A stretch of 64,000 nt of DNA from Blasia pusilla. Its lineage: Eukaryota. The notes beneath the pieces are model-generated. The model was not told where the DNA came from. It did not search any database and saw only the letters and a list, made by a program, of their open reading frames with translations. The stretch lies in the NCBI GenBank assembly GCA_050084515.1, contig CM114271.1:16926001-16990000 (forward strand), read 5' to 3'. Numbering within the stretch: position 1 is the stretch's first letter; each line of letters starts with the position of its first letter. Shown here one piece after another: positions 51,582 to 64,000 of this stretch. The translations under genes were made by a program, and so were the position numbers.

Positions 51582-54500
51582 ATGCCTTCGATTCCGCAGG
51601 ACCTATACCCATCGGAGGAGGATTTGCTTTATGAGGAGGAGATTTTGAGAAACCCTTACAGCTTGAAGCTATGGTGGCGATACCTCCAAGCTCGGCGTGA
51701 TTCACCATTCAAAAAGCGGTCCATTTTGTTTGAGCGGGCGCTGAAGGCGTTGCCAGGAAGCTACAAATTATGGCATCGATATCTCCGGGAGAAGATGGAG
51801 GGGTCCGGGGGCTCCCCCTCTCTCACTCCCTGTACGAAAATTTGAATAACACGTTTGAGCGCGCTTTGGTTACAATGCACAAAATGCCGAGAATTTGGAT
51901 TCTTTACCTGCAAATTTTGACGGAACAAAAGTATTTGACGCGGACGAGGCGCACTTTCGACAGAGCTCTCTGTTCGTTGCCGGTGACTCAGCATGATCGC
52001 ATTTGGGAACTTTACTTGAAGTTTGTCGGTCAGCCTGGAGTACCGATTGAGACTGCTCTCCGGGTTTATCGTAGGTACTTGAAATTTGACCCATCTCACG
52101 TAGAGGAGTTCATCGACTTTCTGCTATCGTCCAAGTTATGGCAGGAGGGGGCGATCAAGATGGCGCAGGTCTTGAATGATGAGACATTTTCGTCCATCAA
52201 GGGGAAATCCAGGCATCAGCTCTGGCTGGAACTTTGCAACCTACTGACGAAGCATGCGAGTGAGGTCTCTGGATTGCAAGTTGATGCGATTATTCGAGGG
52301 GGAATTCGGAGGTTTACTGATGAGGTCGGCCGACTCTGGACGTCTCTGGCTGATTACTACATCCGGAGAGGTCTGTTCGAGAAAGCGAGGGACGTGTTTG
52401 AAGAGGGGATGACTAGTGTAATTACGGTTAGGGATTTTAGCATGATTTTTGATGCCTACACCCAGTTTGAAGAGAGTATGTTGACAGCGAAAATAGAATC
52501 TATTGAGGCGAAAGTAGAGGAAGATGACGAGGCAGGGCGCCACGAAAATGGTCAATCTCAAGCCGATGGGGCCGAAGATGATAAGAAGTCACGGAAATCC
52601 CAGAAGTCGAAGGAATTGTTGGATCAATGGGAAAGGGAAATTTTGTCAGATTTTTGGTTAAATGATGATGATGACATTGATCTGCGACTCGCAAGATTTG
52701 AGCACCTGATGAATCGGCGTCCAGAGCTGGTTAGTAGTGTTCTGTTGAGACAAAATCCCCACAATGTGCACGAGTGGCACAAGCGAGTGAAACTTTTTGA
52801 GGACAATCCAGGTCGTCAAATTTTGACCTACACCGAGGCTGTGAAGACAGTGGATCCGTTTAAAGCAGTTGGGAAGCCTCACACTCTGTGGATTGCCTTC
52901 GCTAAATTGTATGAAGCTCACAATGACATAGTGAATGCTGAGAAGATCTTTGAGAAAGCCGTCCAGGTGGGATTCAAAGCAGTGGATGATCTGGCTACCG
53001 TTTGGTGCGAGTGGGCCGAGATGCTTATTCGACATAAAAAGTTCAAGGGTGCACTCAACCTGATGTGGCGGGCCACCACAGAGCCGACATTGGCTGTTAG
53101 GAGGACAAGTGAGTTGAATTCACCCCAGAATACCTCAAGGAACTAGGCACAGGCTAAATCTGTTATCCATGAGCTAGCTGCCGTGGTTACATGTTTAATT
53201 CTTCAATTTTTCTTGGTTCTGGTTTATTCTCTATCGGAAAGACGACTCATGGTTCAACCCAGATGTGTACGAGTGGTGTAGATGTAAGAATTGGATTTGA
53301 TGTAGGTGAATTATATATGTCCGGGGCAGATGACCCGATTAGGCCACCTGAAGACATGTCTGTGGACTGATAATTCCTTCTTTTGGTTAACAGTTGCAGC
53401 TTCTGGGGAGGAACCAGTACAAATGAGGGTTTACAGGTCTTTGAAACTATGGACGTTTTATGTGGATCTGGAGGAGAGTTTGGGAACTCTTGATGGGACA
53501 CGCAAACTGTATGAACGAATTCTTGATCTCAAGATAGCAACTCCGCAAATCATACTCCAGTATGCGTATATGCTAGAGGTAGGAATATTTTTTCTGTTCA
53601 TTTGATATGGAGTGTGCCCAGATAAGCAATTATACGCATGCACTGGATTTGGATGTCTTTGCTTCTACAGGATGTCCTCCTCAACTCTTCATGCAATTGT
53701 TACACAATTAGTGCAAATACAGTTGATCGATAGTGTACCTGGGATAGTTCACCTTCACTTAGGCATACGCTCTCATGTTAAGTTCCAATATCTTGGAATC
53801 ACATAGTACTTGCTTGAGAGATTCCTTAAACTTGGCCATATTGTAACCCTACAAGCTTTTTTCATGACTCAGAAGGTTTTGTGTCTATTTCATTTTTTAT
53901 CGAGGATAAACCCCATGTCCAAATATTGTTCTCAAAAGTAAATTCCTTGTCACTGCTTCATGCTGAATCATTCCAATTGTGGGGTAATACAGAGCAACAA
54001 GTTCTTTGAAGATGCCTTCAGAGTGTATGAACGGGGGGTGCAAATTTTCAAGTATCCTCATGTTCGGGAAATTTGGACAACATACCTGGTCAAGTTTGTT
54101 GCTCGGTATGGAGAAAAGAAGTTGGAGCGAGCACGTGATTTGTTTGAGCAGGCAGTAGAGAAGGTATGTTGCCGTATATGGCCTGCTTGTAGTGTACATC
54201 TAGATCAAAACTTTAGTGCAGTGCTTGATGTGTCTGGAAGTTGCATCTTCTTGCCAACTACTTCAATATGTCATGCTTCAATTTATTCCATTTTCGAAGG
54301 AATTCATGGGGATTGGCAAAATCTAACGTATTAGTTTGGCTATGAATTTCCATCTTCAATATTCAGTGTCATTTGGCTGATAAGCGTATTGATGTGAAAG
54401 TCTTACCTATGGAGATGAGTGGGAGACTTTTGATTTGGGGTTCTCACAAAATGAAGGCTACATACTGTCCACAGAACTTGAAGATTTTAGGGACCCGAAT

Positions 54501-55991
54501 CTATTTGACGAGATCTTATGTTTTCTTCCTGATGTATTCCTGCTTCTCCAATTTTGGGTCTTGCAATTTGAATCACATGAGATGAAATTTCAGGTGCCAG
54601 CAGAAGATGCAAAGCCTTTGTACCTTCAGTTTGCAAAGTTGGAGGAAGACTATGGACTAGCGCGTCATGCCATGGCAGTCTATGAGCGTGCAACCAAGGC
54701 TGTTGCAGACAACGAAAAAATGAGTGTCTATGAGATTTACATTGCACGAGCAGCTGAATTTTTCGGCGTACCAAAAACTCGAAAAATATATGAGGTAGAA
54801 AATCAGATCACTCAGAAGGAACTGTCTGTTGCACATGTTGACTTCTACTGACTAAACATAAAGATTCGTTTCAGAACTTTCAATGCTTGTTTAGCTTCTG
54901 CCCTCAGTGAACACTTCTCATCATCATACCCCATCTTTTCTGTGTGGAGGGCATTATCCTTAGATTGTTACCAAATTAGTGTCTACTATAGAACCAATTT
55001 TTATCTGTTCCTGCAAAATTGACTTTATGCCTTGTTCTTGCAGTTGGCAATCCAATCAGGATTGCCTGACAAGGACGTGAAGGTAATGTGTATAAAGTAC
55101 GCAGAGCTGGAGCGCAACTTAGGAGAGATAGACCGGGCACGAGCCATCTACGTACATGCGGCCCAAATGGCTGACCCGCGCTCTGACTCTGAGTTTTGGA
55201 GCAAGTGGAATGATTTTGAGGTCCAGCATGGTAACGAAGATACATTCAGAGAAATGCTACGCATCAAACGAAGTGTCTCGGCAAGTTACAGCCAGGTAGT
55301 GAAATCTTCCAATCTAGCATTATCTCACCCAAGGGAAGAAAGCATCCATTTTGTTGAGAGACCTTTCACGTCAGTTCTTACCTTGGCTTGACAAAAGCAG
55401 TTCTTTCCTTACAGGTCCCAAGTGCCACTTCTCCTTCTGCCTTGCAATGGCATCCACAGAAACAGTATGATGTGTATTTAGAGCTAAAAATTTAGACTGT
55501 TTTGTTTCTTCACTGATTATGCTACGAATGTATATCTGTGACAGATGCATTTTATTCTGCCTGAATACTTGATGCAACGAGAGCCCGGAAAGGTTTCTTT
55601 GGAGGAAGCTGTGGACACTCTCAAGCGAGCGGGAGTCCCAGAGGATGAAATGGCAGCCCTCGAAAGGCAAATAGCACCGCCGAGGAGTCCTCTGAAGGAA
55701 GGAATGAGATCTCTGGGATTCGTCAGTGCAGGAACAGTGGAAGGAGACAAAAGCCCCAGTCGTAGAATTGCAGTAAATCCCGACGAGATTGAATTAGGAG
55801 AGGAAAGTGACGAAGACGAGGAAGGCAAAGGCGGCCAGGATGTGGGTATTGCCCAAAAAGCGGTGCCTGATGCGGTTTATGGGGACTTGGCTAACAAGGC
55901 CCGTGAACTCGCCAAAGAAGAGAAAAGAGAACCGGAAAATGCAGAGCCTATGGGTGCTCTGGAGAGACTAAAGCGTCAACGGAAGCAATGA
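51582..55991 (+). CDS. SYF1: Pre-mRNA splicing factor SYF1/XAB2 (HAT/TPR repeats), 6 exons, with one apparent 1-bp frameshift at ~51800
   Basis: [77 protein letters not shown] and GALER motifs. Exons 51582-53108, 53394-53578, 53993-54163, 54594-54794, 55044-55295 and 55545-55991, all with GT-AG introns. Confidence 0.96.
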
Positions 55992-56869
55992 GAATCTCCC
56001 AAAGTAGCAGCCGTCGTCCTTTTGGTTTTTGATCTTTCTGGATGTGTACAGTAAATTCATATTAGCACCGAACCCAAGTTGTACAATAAATCTCTTGACT
56101 CCCTTTAATTAGATTCCAACACCATCCACACGTCTCTGAATCGATGCTTCTCTCTTCACTCCTGGAATTTTCTCGCACGCGAATATCGTACTTCACACTG
56201 ATGTCCATCAGATCATGCCGGACCGCATGCCATATCTGCTGCTCTTTCCAGAGGCGACGCCAGTGCCCCAACGGCATGAACCCCGGGGCGAGAGAGATGA
56301 ATCTCAGGATCATTTCACCTTGTGATCACGAGGAGAATCGAGGCTTCGTTCCGCTTGGCAAGATGGTACTTTTTACTAAACCCTAAACAACCACACGGAT
56401 CCTGTGCTTGACCCTGGAATGCGGAGGAGGATACGAGACTTGTGCACCGTGTCATGGAGCCTGGAATACGGCGGAGGCGATGCCCGATTTCTCCAACCTC
56501 GAAAGGCCGCTCTCGGGCCCCGTCTGCAAGAGCCATCGCAGCCAGCCAGCCACGAGCAACGGCACCAGAAGGTCACGGAGAGACACCGAAGAACACTGCT
56601 CCACAGGCGACAGTCGGCCACCGGAAATCGCAAGCCAAGACAGCAGGGCCCTGATCGTCGTCGCGCCGTGTGAAGACTCCGCCGCGACCAACTGGGACCG
56701 CCAGTAGTAGTGCCATCATGCGGACTTGCTGCCCCTGACCGACGGACGGACGGACGGACGGACGGACGAGTAAGCCCCGCAGCCCCACTTTCGAGGGAAC
56801 TGGAACTCCGTTGCCCACTTTCAACAGGTCCGAAACTTTGTAGCCCGCCGGGTCAAGCCAAACTCGAGA

Positions 56870-57285
56870 TGAAAACTCCGTAAGCCGGTCCTTTTGGGTC
56901 AGGGCAACCGTGCGAACCAGGTGAAAACTCCGTAGGCCGGCTCTTTTGGGTCAGGGCCACCCCGCGATGCAGCTGGAAACTCCGTAGGCCGGTTCTTTTG
57001 GGTCACTCAGGGCAACCTAGCGATTGAGGTGAACACTCTGTTGGCCGGTTCTTTTGGGTCGGCGCAGAATCGCGGGGGAGCTGGAAACTCCGTAGACCGG
57101 TTCTTTTGCGCAACGGCAGAATTGCGAGGGAGCTGGAAACGCCGTGGGCCGGTTCTTTTGGGTCAGGCGACCAGAGTCGAACTCTGTCTCAGGCCAAGGC
57201 TGACTCCAGAGGGAGGGGAGGTGAAACTCCGTAGGCCATTCTTTCATTAGAGTGATGCACCTCAAGCCAGACTCCGTAGGTCACT
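56870..57285. repeat. ~52-bp minisatellite, core GAAACTCCGTAGGCCGGTTCTTTTGGGTCAG, about 8 units
   Basis: Core near 56871, 56923, 56976, 57031, 57084, 57136, 57223 and 57270. Confidence 0.85.
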
Positions 57286-58559
57286 ATTTCTTAGGTTAAG
57301 CGTGCTTTGGGAGGCAGGTTTACGGTTTACGGTACCCTAAAGCCTGAAGTCGTTGGCCGGTTTTCCCTGGTGAAGCCGGACTAACGAGGGAGTTCTAACT
57401 CCAGCCAGCCTTTAGTACTTAAGTTTTTGGGATTAGTGAGACATGAAGGGCCTGTTTTCCCGGTCAAGCCACACTTATTTCTCTTCCCATCTTGTCAATA
57501 CATCCAAAAAATCCTTATTTCTTAGTCACAACCTCAAAAATATAAAAACTCAATTATATGTGTATACCGCCCTTGCTGAGAGTATTCACAAACCGATACA
57601 TATGTTATCATTGGTCATAAAAAAGTTGAAAAAAAAAGGAAAAAATCTACCATGAAAAAAAAATGATGGTCTACCAAAAAAACTTTCATTCACAACCTCA
57701 ATATAAAAGTAGTGTCTTAATACCATATTAAATCTACCGGGAATACTTCATTGAAACTATCTACAAGTATATGGCCTTATAGTGTTTAGGGAAATTGGTG
57801 ATCAGGTGTGCTATTTCATTTTTGATATATCCACATCCAACTTTCACAATTTTTGTCTGCAAGTTTGAGTGTGGGTCGCTACCGTAGACTATCCCCTCTA
57901 CGGCTTCAAGGTGCATAGTGTGTAGGTGCAATCCTCATGACTCCCTTATGATTTGTTGCTAGCAATATAAATATATCACACTAAAGTCCTGCGTGCATGT
58001 CTCTGTCCTTGAGGTGGAATGGTAACACTATTTGATTTTTAGCTCAGTGGTTAATCAATGATGAGCTTGTCAATTTACCAAAATAGTTGTGGGCCACAAA
58101 GATGTTTGTTTGAAAAACATTTGGAAGTAGTTAGTTAGAGACATGCTCATGAGAAACATTGAGAGGTCCTAATGACACTTTCATTTGATATAAGGAATAT
58201 AAGTAAGAAATAAATTATTATTAAATATAAAGTTTTATATTGAGACACTTGTATTATTTTGTGTATTGAATGTTGTTTTATTTTACATCAAATATTATGG
58301 AAAATAAACAAGAAATGGAGATTAAGAAAAGAAAACGTGCATTGATAGCCGGACATGTCTGTCCCTAGGATGGACAAGTATGGACATATCTACAGACATG
58401 GATAGCGAGAGGTGGGACCCATACTTATAATTCACGATGGAAAGCATAACAAGGATGAGTAGGGCAATAAGGAGGAGGAAATGGAGGTGGAGGAAGGAAG
58501 AAACGGGAGAGAGGAAGAGCTTATGGCTCCCAATTCAATGGCTTAGGGGAATCTAGAGG

Positions 58560-60400
58560 AGCACCTTAGAGGGTTCCAACTGATGACATTCTAAGATGGG
58601 CCGAGGAAAAAAGAATGTATGAGGAGCATGGGAGACAAGATGATGTTTCTAATGATCCTTACAAGTGGACAGGGGTGAAGAGGCGAAGTTTTTTGTTTGA
58701 TTTTCCATATTGGAGAGTAACCACTTGATCCATTTATATTTGCAAAAGTTCATATAATGTGTTATGTGAAGTTTAGTTTTCATGTTGGAATCTATTTTCC
58801 TTAACTTAAGATTAACATCTTCTTATTCGACATACATTAGATGTTATGCACGTGGAAAAAAACATATGTGAGAACATGGTGAAGACTCTGCTTGGTATGA
58901 AGTGTATAAGAGATATGGAGGCTCGTGGAATTCAACCTCACTTGTGGTTACAACCACATCCAAGTAGAGCTCAAGGACTAGTGAAACCTCAATGTGATTA
59001 TGTTTTATCACCTCAAGATCTAAGCATATTCCTGTCTAGGATTGAGTCTTTGAAAGTGCCGACATGGTATAGTGGGAAGTTAAGAAAACATGTGGTGAAA
59101 TGAAAATTGGGTAACATGAAGTCACATGATTATCATGTGCTTATTCACCAAATCCTTCCTTTTTCCCTTCGCGGCCTTATGAAGGAGTCGGTCCGCTCTA
59201 CCGTCATGCGCTTGAGCAAGATATTTAGATCATTATGTTGTAAAGTGTATGATCCTACATCTTATCAACAGTTGCACCAAGATGCAGCCATAACCCTATG
59301 TCTCTTAGAGATGCATTTTCCACCATCATTTTTTGATGTGATGACACATCTCTTAATCCATGTAATCAAAGAATTGGATATATGTGGGCCATTAGCTTGC
59401 CGATGGATGTATCTGATGGAAAGATACATGGGCACTTTGAAAAAATATGTGAGATCTAAAGCTCATCCTGAGAGTTGCATGGCCGAGGGGTATGTTAAAT
59501 ATGAGGCATTGGGATTTGTGACTGAGTATATGAAGAGATTTGAGGATGTGAGGACCTGTATTTGGGATGACGGTGAAGAAGAAGGAGTTGCACGCGAGGA
59601 GTTGGAAGGTGTAGGACAGAAAGTTTCATTATCTCAAGAGATGCTACTCTTGGCACACCATTATGTCTTACATAATACCAAAGCCATGGTTGTATGGCAC
59701 AAGTACATTTTGCAATCAGCCACCTCATTCTTCGAGTATAATCAACTTTTATCTTAAACCCTGCTGTTTTTTCTAATCTTCAAGTCCACCCTATTTATTG
59801 GTGATGTTATTTTCTTCCTTCCATGAAATATGAAAGGGAGGGGGCATCAATTCCTTTCCAAGAGTGGATTCAACCAACCATCCTTCAAGATGCTAGGGAG
59901 AATGATGGGAAGGTGGATGAAGAGGCATTGGCCTTGTCAACCCCTCCGCAACCCAAAGTAAAATCATATAAGTCTATGAAGGCTTATGGAAATCACTTCA
60001 GAGTAGAGGGAGAGGATGGAAAAAATGCATATTCAACTTATGATAGTGGAATTGGAGCCATATTTTTGGATGAGGAGAAGGAGGACCAAAATTGTGCCTA
60101 TTCATATGTGGGAGTCCTAGTTGATATTCTTGCATTTGATTATGGGATTTTAGATAGACCTATAATATTAATGAGAGGGAGGTGGATGAGGGAAGATTGG
60201 GACTCTCGCATGCCCTCGATGAAGCGAGATCGTGAAGGCTTCCTACTTGTGAACCTTCGATCTTGTGAGCCACTAGACCACCAACCCTTTGTGTTCCCAT
60301 CTCAAGTGGAACAAGTTTTCTTTGGATATGCACATGAGGGAAGTGGATGGATATAGTTTTGAGGAAAGAGGCTAGATCTCATTGGGTGATTTCTGATATC
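58560..60400 (+). mobile_element. CACTA (En/Spm) transposase remnant, C-terminal part
   Basis: GVKRRSFLFDFPYW, IRHTLDVMHVEKNICEN, MKSHDYHVL, FPPSFFDVMTHLLIH, RWMYLMERYM..LKKYVR...PESCMAEGY and PFVFPSQVEQVFF are typical TnpD-like motifs. In-frame stop at 59101. No termini found. Confidence 0.88.
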
Positions 60401-63400
60401 TATGATGGTGGAAACCCGGATCAGGTACATTCCATTTGCCTCAATCACCAGGAGGCCATGCCCCATAGGATACCACCAACAAACACTATCGGCGCCATAG
60501 AGCTCACAGATGAGGAGCTAGTGATTACAAATAGAGATGTTAACAATATCCCTATCATCCATGTTTCCACGGAAGTGGTTTTTAAAGATGAAATTATGGA
60601 AGGCGATGTAGATCTTTGATTACGGTGTAATGTTTGACATAGTGTAAGTTGGCCTATATTTCTTGCTTAAAATAGTGAGTTTGAAGTATAAGCTATGGTA
60701 TATCAAGTGTGGACTATATTGAGTATTAGATGTTTGCATTTGAGTATCTACCTTGTACGGAGCCCTAATTGAGCTCCTTGATAAATACTTTCCACTAGAA
60801 ACTTTTTGAATAGCATTCCAAGCCATCCTTGGTGGCATATTAGGTGGTCACAGGGGGACTCGATCAAACCTCGAGGCCATTCTTGCTTCTGAAGGCTTGT
60901 GTGATAGTAGAGGGGAATTTCCTGATGGGAAGAACCATCAGGTTTGGTTGGTGAAATGGAGACATTAGAAAAGCAAGAGTGAGATACATGTTTGTCGCAT
61001 GTACCTACATCTTGATATACATGATGAGAGTTGGGAACCCTATCCAAGCGCAATAGAGGAGAGTGCATGTCATGTGGATACAATGAATCCCAATGTGTGC
61101 ATTAATTTTGATGAGCTCCTTGGAGTTGGAGATGCAAATGGAGAAGAGGCTGAGAGAGGGTTGACAGGGAAGCATGAATTACCCAAGGAAACAAGTGGAG
61201 AGAACGATGAGAGGATCAAAATCTGCATTTTTGGTTTGAGATAGGGGTGTAGACTCTCTTGTACCTCTAAGAAGTTGTGAGAAACTTCATAGCACATCAA
61301 TGGAAAACACTAATGATAGTATGGGGAAAACTATGGAAGATTGTGAGTCAGTGATGGTTATAAACCAAAATAGTTGTTCAAGTGTACATAGAGAAATTAG
61401 CCTAGTAGCTATTCCACATACAAGTACCTCCAAGGAGGACCTTGATTGCAGCGATAAAGTTTCGGCTTATGATTTGAGTTCAGAGGGGGGAGAAGCGCCT
61501 AAGGTGTTGGAAAAAGACGCAACGTACATGGCTCAAGAGAGAGAACCATCACCTGTCTACATGAACATTGAGTTAGAAGAGGAAGGTAATGACCTGATTA
61601 GGGATCCTGCCCTTTCAGCCCACTCTAATAACTCTGGAAACTCTTTAGTTTAACAGTAGAATATCCTCGGATTCCATTTATGTTTGTAACTACTTTATTA
61701 AGCTTAGCCACTTCTTATACCATATCCATGAGTACAATGATAATGGTGAATTTGATCAGAGTGATCCAACAATGTTCGAAGTAACACCTACACCTTATAC
61801 CCATGGCCATAAGGATACCCTATCCGCTCTTTGTGTTTTAAAGAGACAAATCACCACAAGCATTAAAAGAAAAATTTATGTACTCGTCGTGACTATTCTA
61901 TTTCACACGATACACCTTAGTAGTGTCTTCTAATAATCATATATCTTTTCAAAAAAATCATCTTAATCATCCAAATAATATATTGAAAACATAGACAAAT
62001 CAAAACTATGCCACGTGTCCGTCATTTCAAGAGAGCGGTACTATTTCATGCAAGATTCCCTAATTATTGCGGACCTATATATGATGTGAGAGGCTTACAT
62101 TATGATGGATGATGTCATAGTTACAAATCCTACATGCACAAGGGCATGTAAGGGCAGACCTGGTGCCCCAAGGGAGATAGGTACAAGGAGCGGTGACGGA
62201 GGCAAGGAAGAAGACTCAACTTTACGGCCGTCTTCACAAATGACATCGTTCCATCCCATAGGCTATTGGGATGTATGGAGCTATGGGCAAGAGGTTTAAA
62301 GCTTTTCTTACTAAGAAATGGGCTTTCTTATTAAGCTTGTGGGCTCTTATATTGGAGAAAACGAGTCTCCATCGCTTTGCAAGGCATCCCCAAGCCAATG
62401 GGCTTCTACAAAGGGCTCAAGCTATGGGACACGTTATTGCTAGAGGCCCTCTAGTACTCATCTTGTTTTATTAGCTTTCATCGATATTGTCTCTACAATT
62501 TGTGAGGTTAGATTTTATAGGACCCCACTTTTTATTCCCCCTACAGCAAGCTCCCATTCTCTAGACTATATGAGTACACATATCTTCTTTTAGGGTTGCA
62601 TCCCACAACCGTAGTGTCGCTCAATTACCGGTGCATCGTTGAATCTCCTATGCCCAAAACTTTTAGGCGTAGGAAATGTCCAATTGGAAAACCTGATTCC
62701 ACATCGATCTCTACTCTATGATTGGATCGTAAAATGATTTTTTTTCTATCCGTTTGAAAAAATATGGACCGACCATGGGATCCAACCCTTATGCATGGCC
62801 TATACTGGAGTAAAGAAAACCTTAATAAAACGCACCTGATAGAAAACCCATCGGGAATACAAAAGAGAAGGATTAAAGAGTTTAGTACTTAGACCGGAAA
62901 ATGAAAAAGGGCACTCTCTAATCTATATTATTATGGGAGAGTGTTATCTTGATTTGCAAACACCTATATGTTTGAAACGTAACAACTGGACAACAAGAGA
63001 AAAATTTGAATTTACGTGCAACATCATCCTTTCCCTTCACGGGCTATGTGCATTAACAAAAACTCTTCAAATATTTTTTTATTTCTCACGGACACCTTCT
63101 TCGGCTAAACTCACCAATGCATATACCCACATAGATCCTATATCCTTCTTCTCATGTAATCCCGTAAACGCCTTCATGTATTCCCGTAAACGCAAAACCC
63201 GTGCCGGAAGTCCATTCGCATTCCCGCAAACGCAAACGTCGTGCGGTGGGCAGATCGGAAGTCGTTTAGGGTTGCGACAGGGGCAATTCGATTCGTTCTC
63301 TCGCACAAGACTCACACAGAGAGATCAGACAGACAGGCAGAGAGAGAGAGAGAGAGAAGGAGACGATCGATCGATTGTAGGGAGCGATCGGCGAAGGTGC

Positions 63401-63412
63401 GAGGAATCCGAG

Positions 63413-63533
63413 ATGGCGCAAGCGTTGAGGCAGAAAGTGAGTTCGTTGCTGCTGCGTCGATCAGGCGTGGCGCAATCGCAGCAGGCGTGCAAGAGGACGT
63501 TCTCTGCCTCCTCATCAGCGCACGAAGATGCAG
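63413..63533 (+). CDS. COX6A: First exon of a mitochondrion-targeted protein, probably cytochrome c oxidase subunit 6a
   Basis: MAQALRQKVSSLLLRRSG...KRTFSASSSAHEDA followed by a GT donor. It resembles a transit peptide plus the SS.GHDDA start of plant COX6a. There is a GA-rich 5' leader. The rest of the gene is not visible in the window. Confidence 0.6.
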
Positions 63534-64000
63534 GTCAGTGAATGAATGGCGTCCGTGTCCTCGCGAGAATGCCCAGTTTTTAGGAAGCGGAGGGTGAATT
63601 GCGAGCATTGATTTGATCGTATGATTCGGCGATGGTAAGGATCTGGTATGCGCCACAGATCTCCACTCCGCTCGCGTCTAGTTCGTCCCGAATTCCCGTC
63701 TGTTGTGTGTCAGCCCGCATGCCAATCCTCAGGGGGCGATGTAGCTTTCGTGAGGATTTCCATCGAGGTTAGCTAACCTCGATGGAAATTCAACTCCCTC
63801 TTCCCTCAGCCGCGCCTTGGAATTCAACTCTCCAATGCTCTCATCCGCGTCCTCTACGAGCTGGTTTCCAGATTTCTCAAGTGGACTGTATGATGACTGC
63901 GCCCGCACTCCAAATTATGGTGGAATGGTTTAAGAAGTGGATGGCTAACCTGGGGGTTAGCGCCAGGGGGTGGGGCTACGAAGGAAATATTCACCGAATT

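Noticed and set aside
56062-56824. Cluster of short ORFs in the GC-rich segment after SYF1
   Set aside because: No coherent exon chain or recognisable protein, so a gene call cannot be supported.
56870-57285. CRISPR-like repeat-spacer appearance
   Set aside because: Eukaryotic context, degenerate repeats, short linkers related to each other, and no cas genes. It is a minisatellite.
62147-62545. Possible solo LTR (TGTAAGG...CCCTACA)
   Set aside because: No matching TSD and no second copy in the window.

Overview
Eukaryotic, intron-containing DNA from a land plant, probably a non-seed plant such as a bryophyte (inference). Host genes sit at both ends: an LHT-type amino-acid transporter (minus, about 219-3050), a Pro/Ser-rich repeat protein, the splicing factor SYF1/XAB2 (51582-55991) and the probable first exon of COX6A. 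Between them is a ~40 kb nest of decayed transposons, and a CACTA transposase remnant lies near 59 kb. The main observation is a Ty3/Gypsy-like retroelement present in three copies from two distinct families: A (9493-19846, +), B (23631-~42240, -) and C (27914-36803, -, nested inside B). It has two unusual properties. (1) The pol region reads protease - DNMT3-like C5 cytosine methyltransferase - RT - RNase H - DDE integrase - PHD finger. (2) It has no normal pair of LTRs. Instead it has split direct repeats, A1-internal-B1-AT-A2-B2, with TG...CA ends, 4-bp target-site duplications, no tRNA primer-binding site, and an internal palindromic CA-AT-TG end-to-end junction. A conventional LTR element with a tRNA-Thr PBS is nested in copy B and serves as an internal contrast. 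All retroelement copies are pseudogenised. Protein family calls come from motifs recognised by eye; no database search was run.
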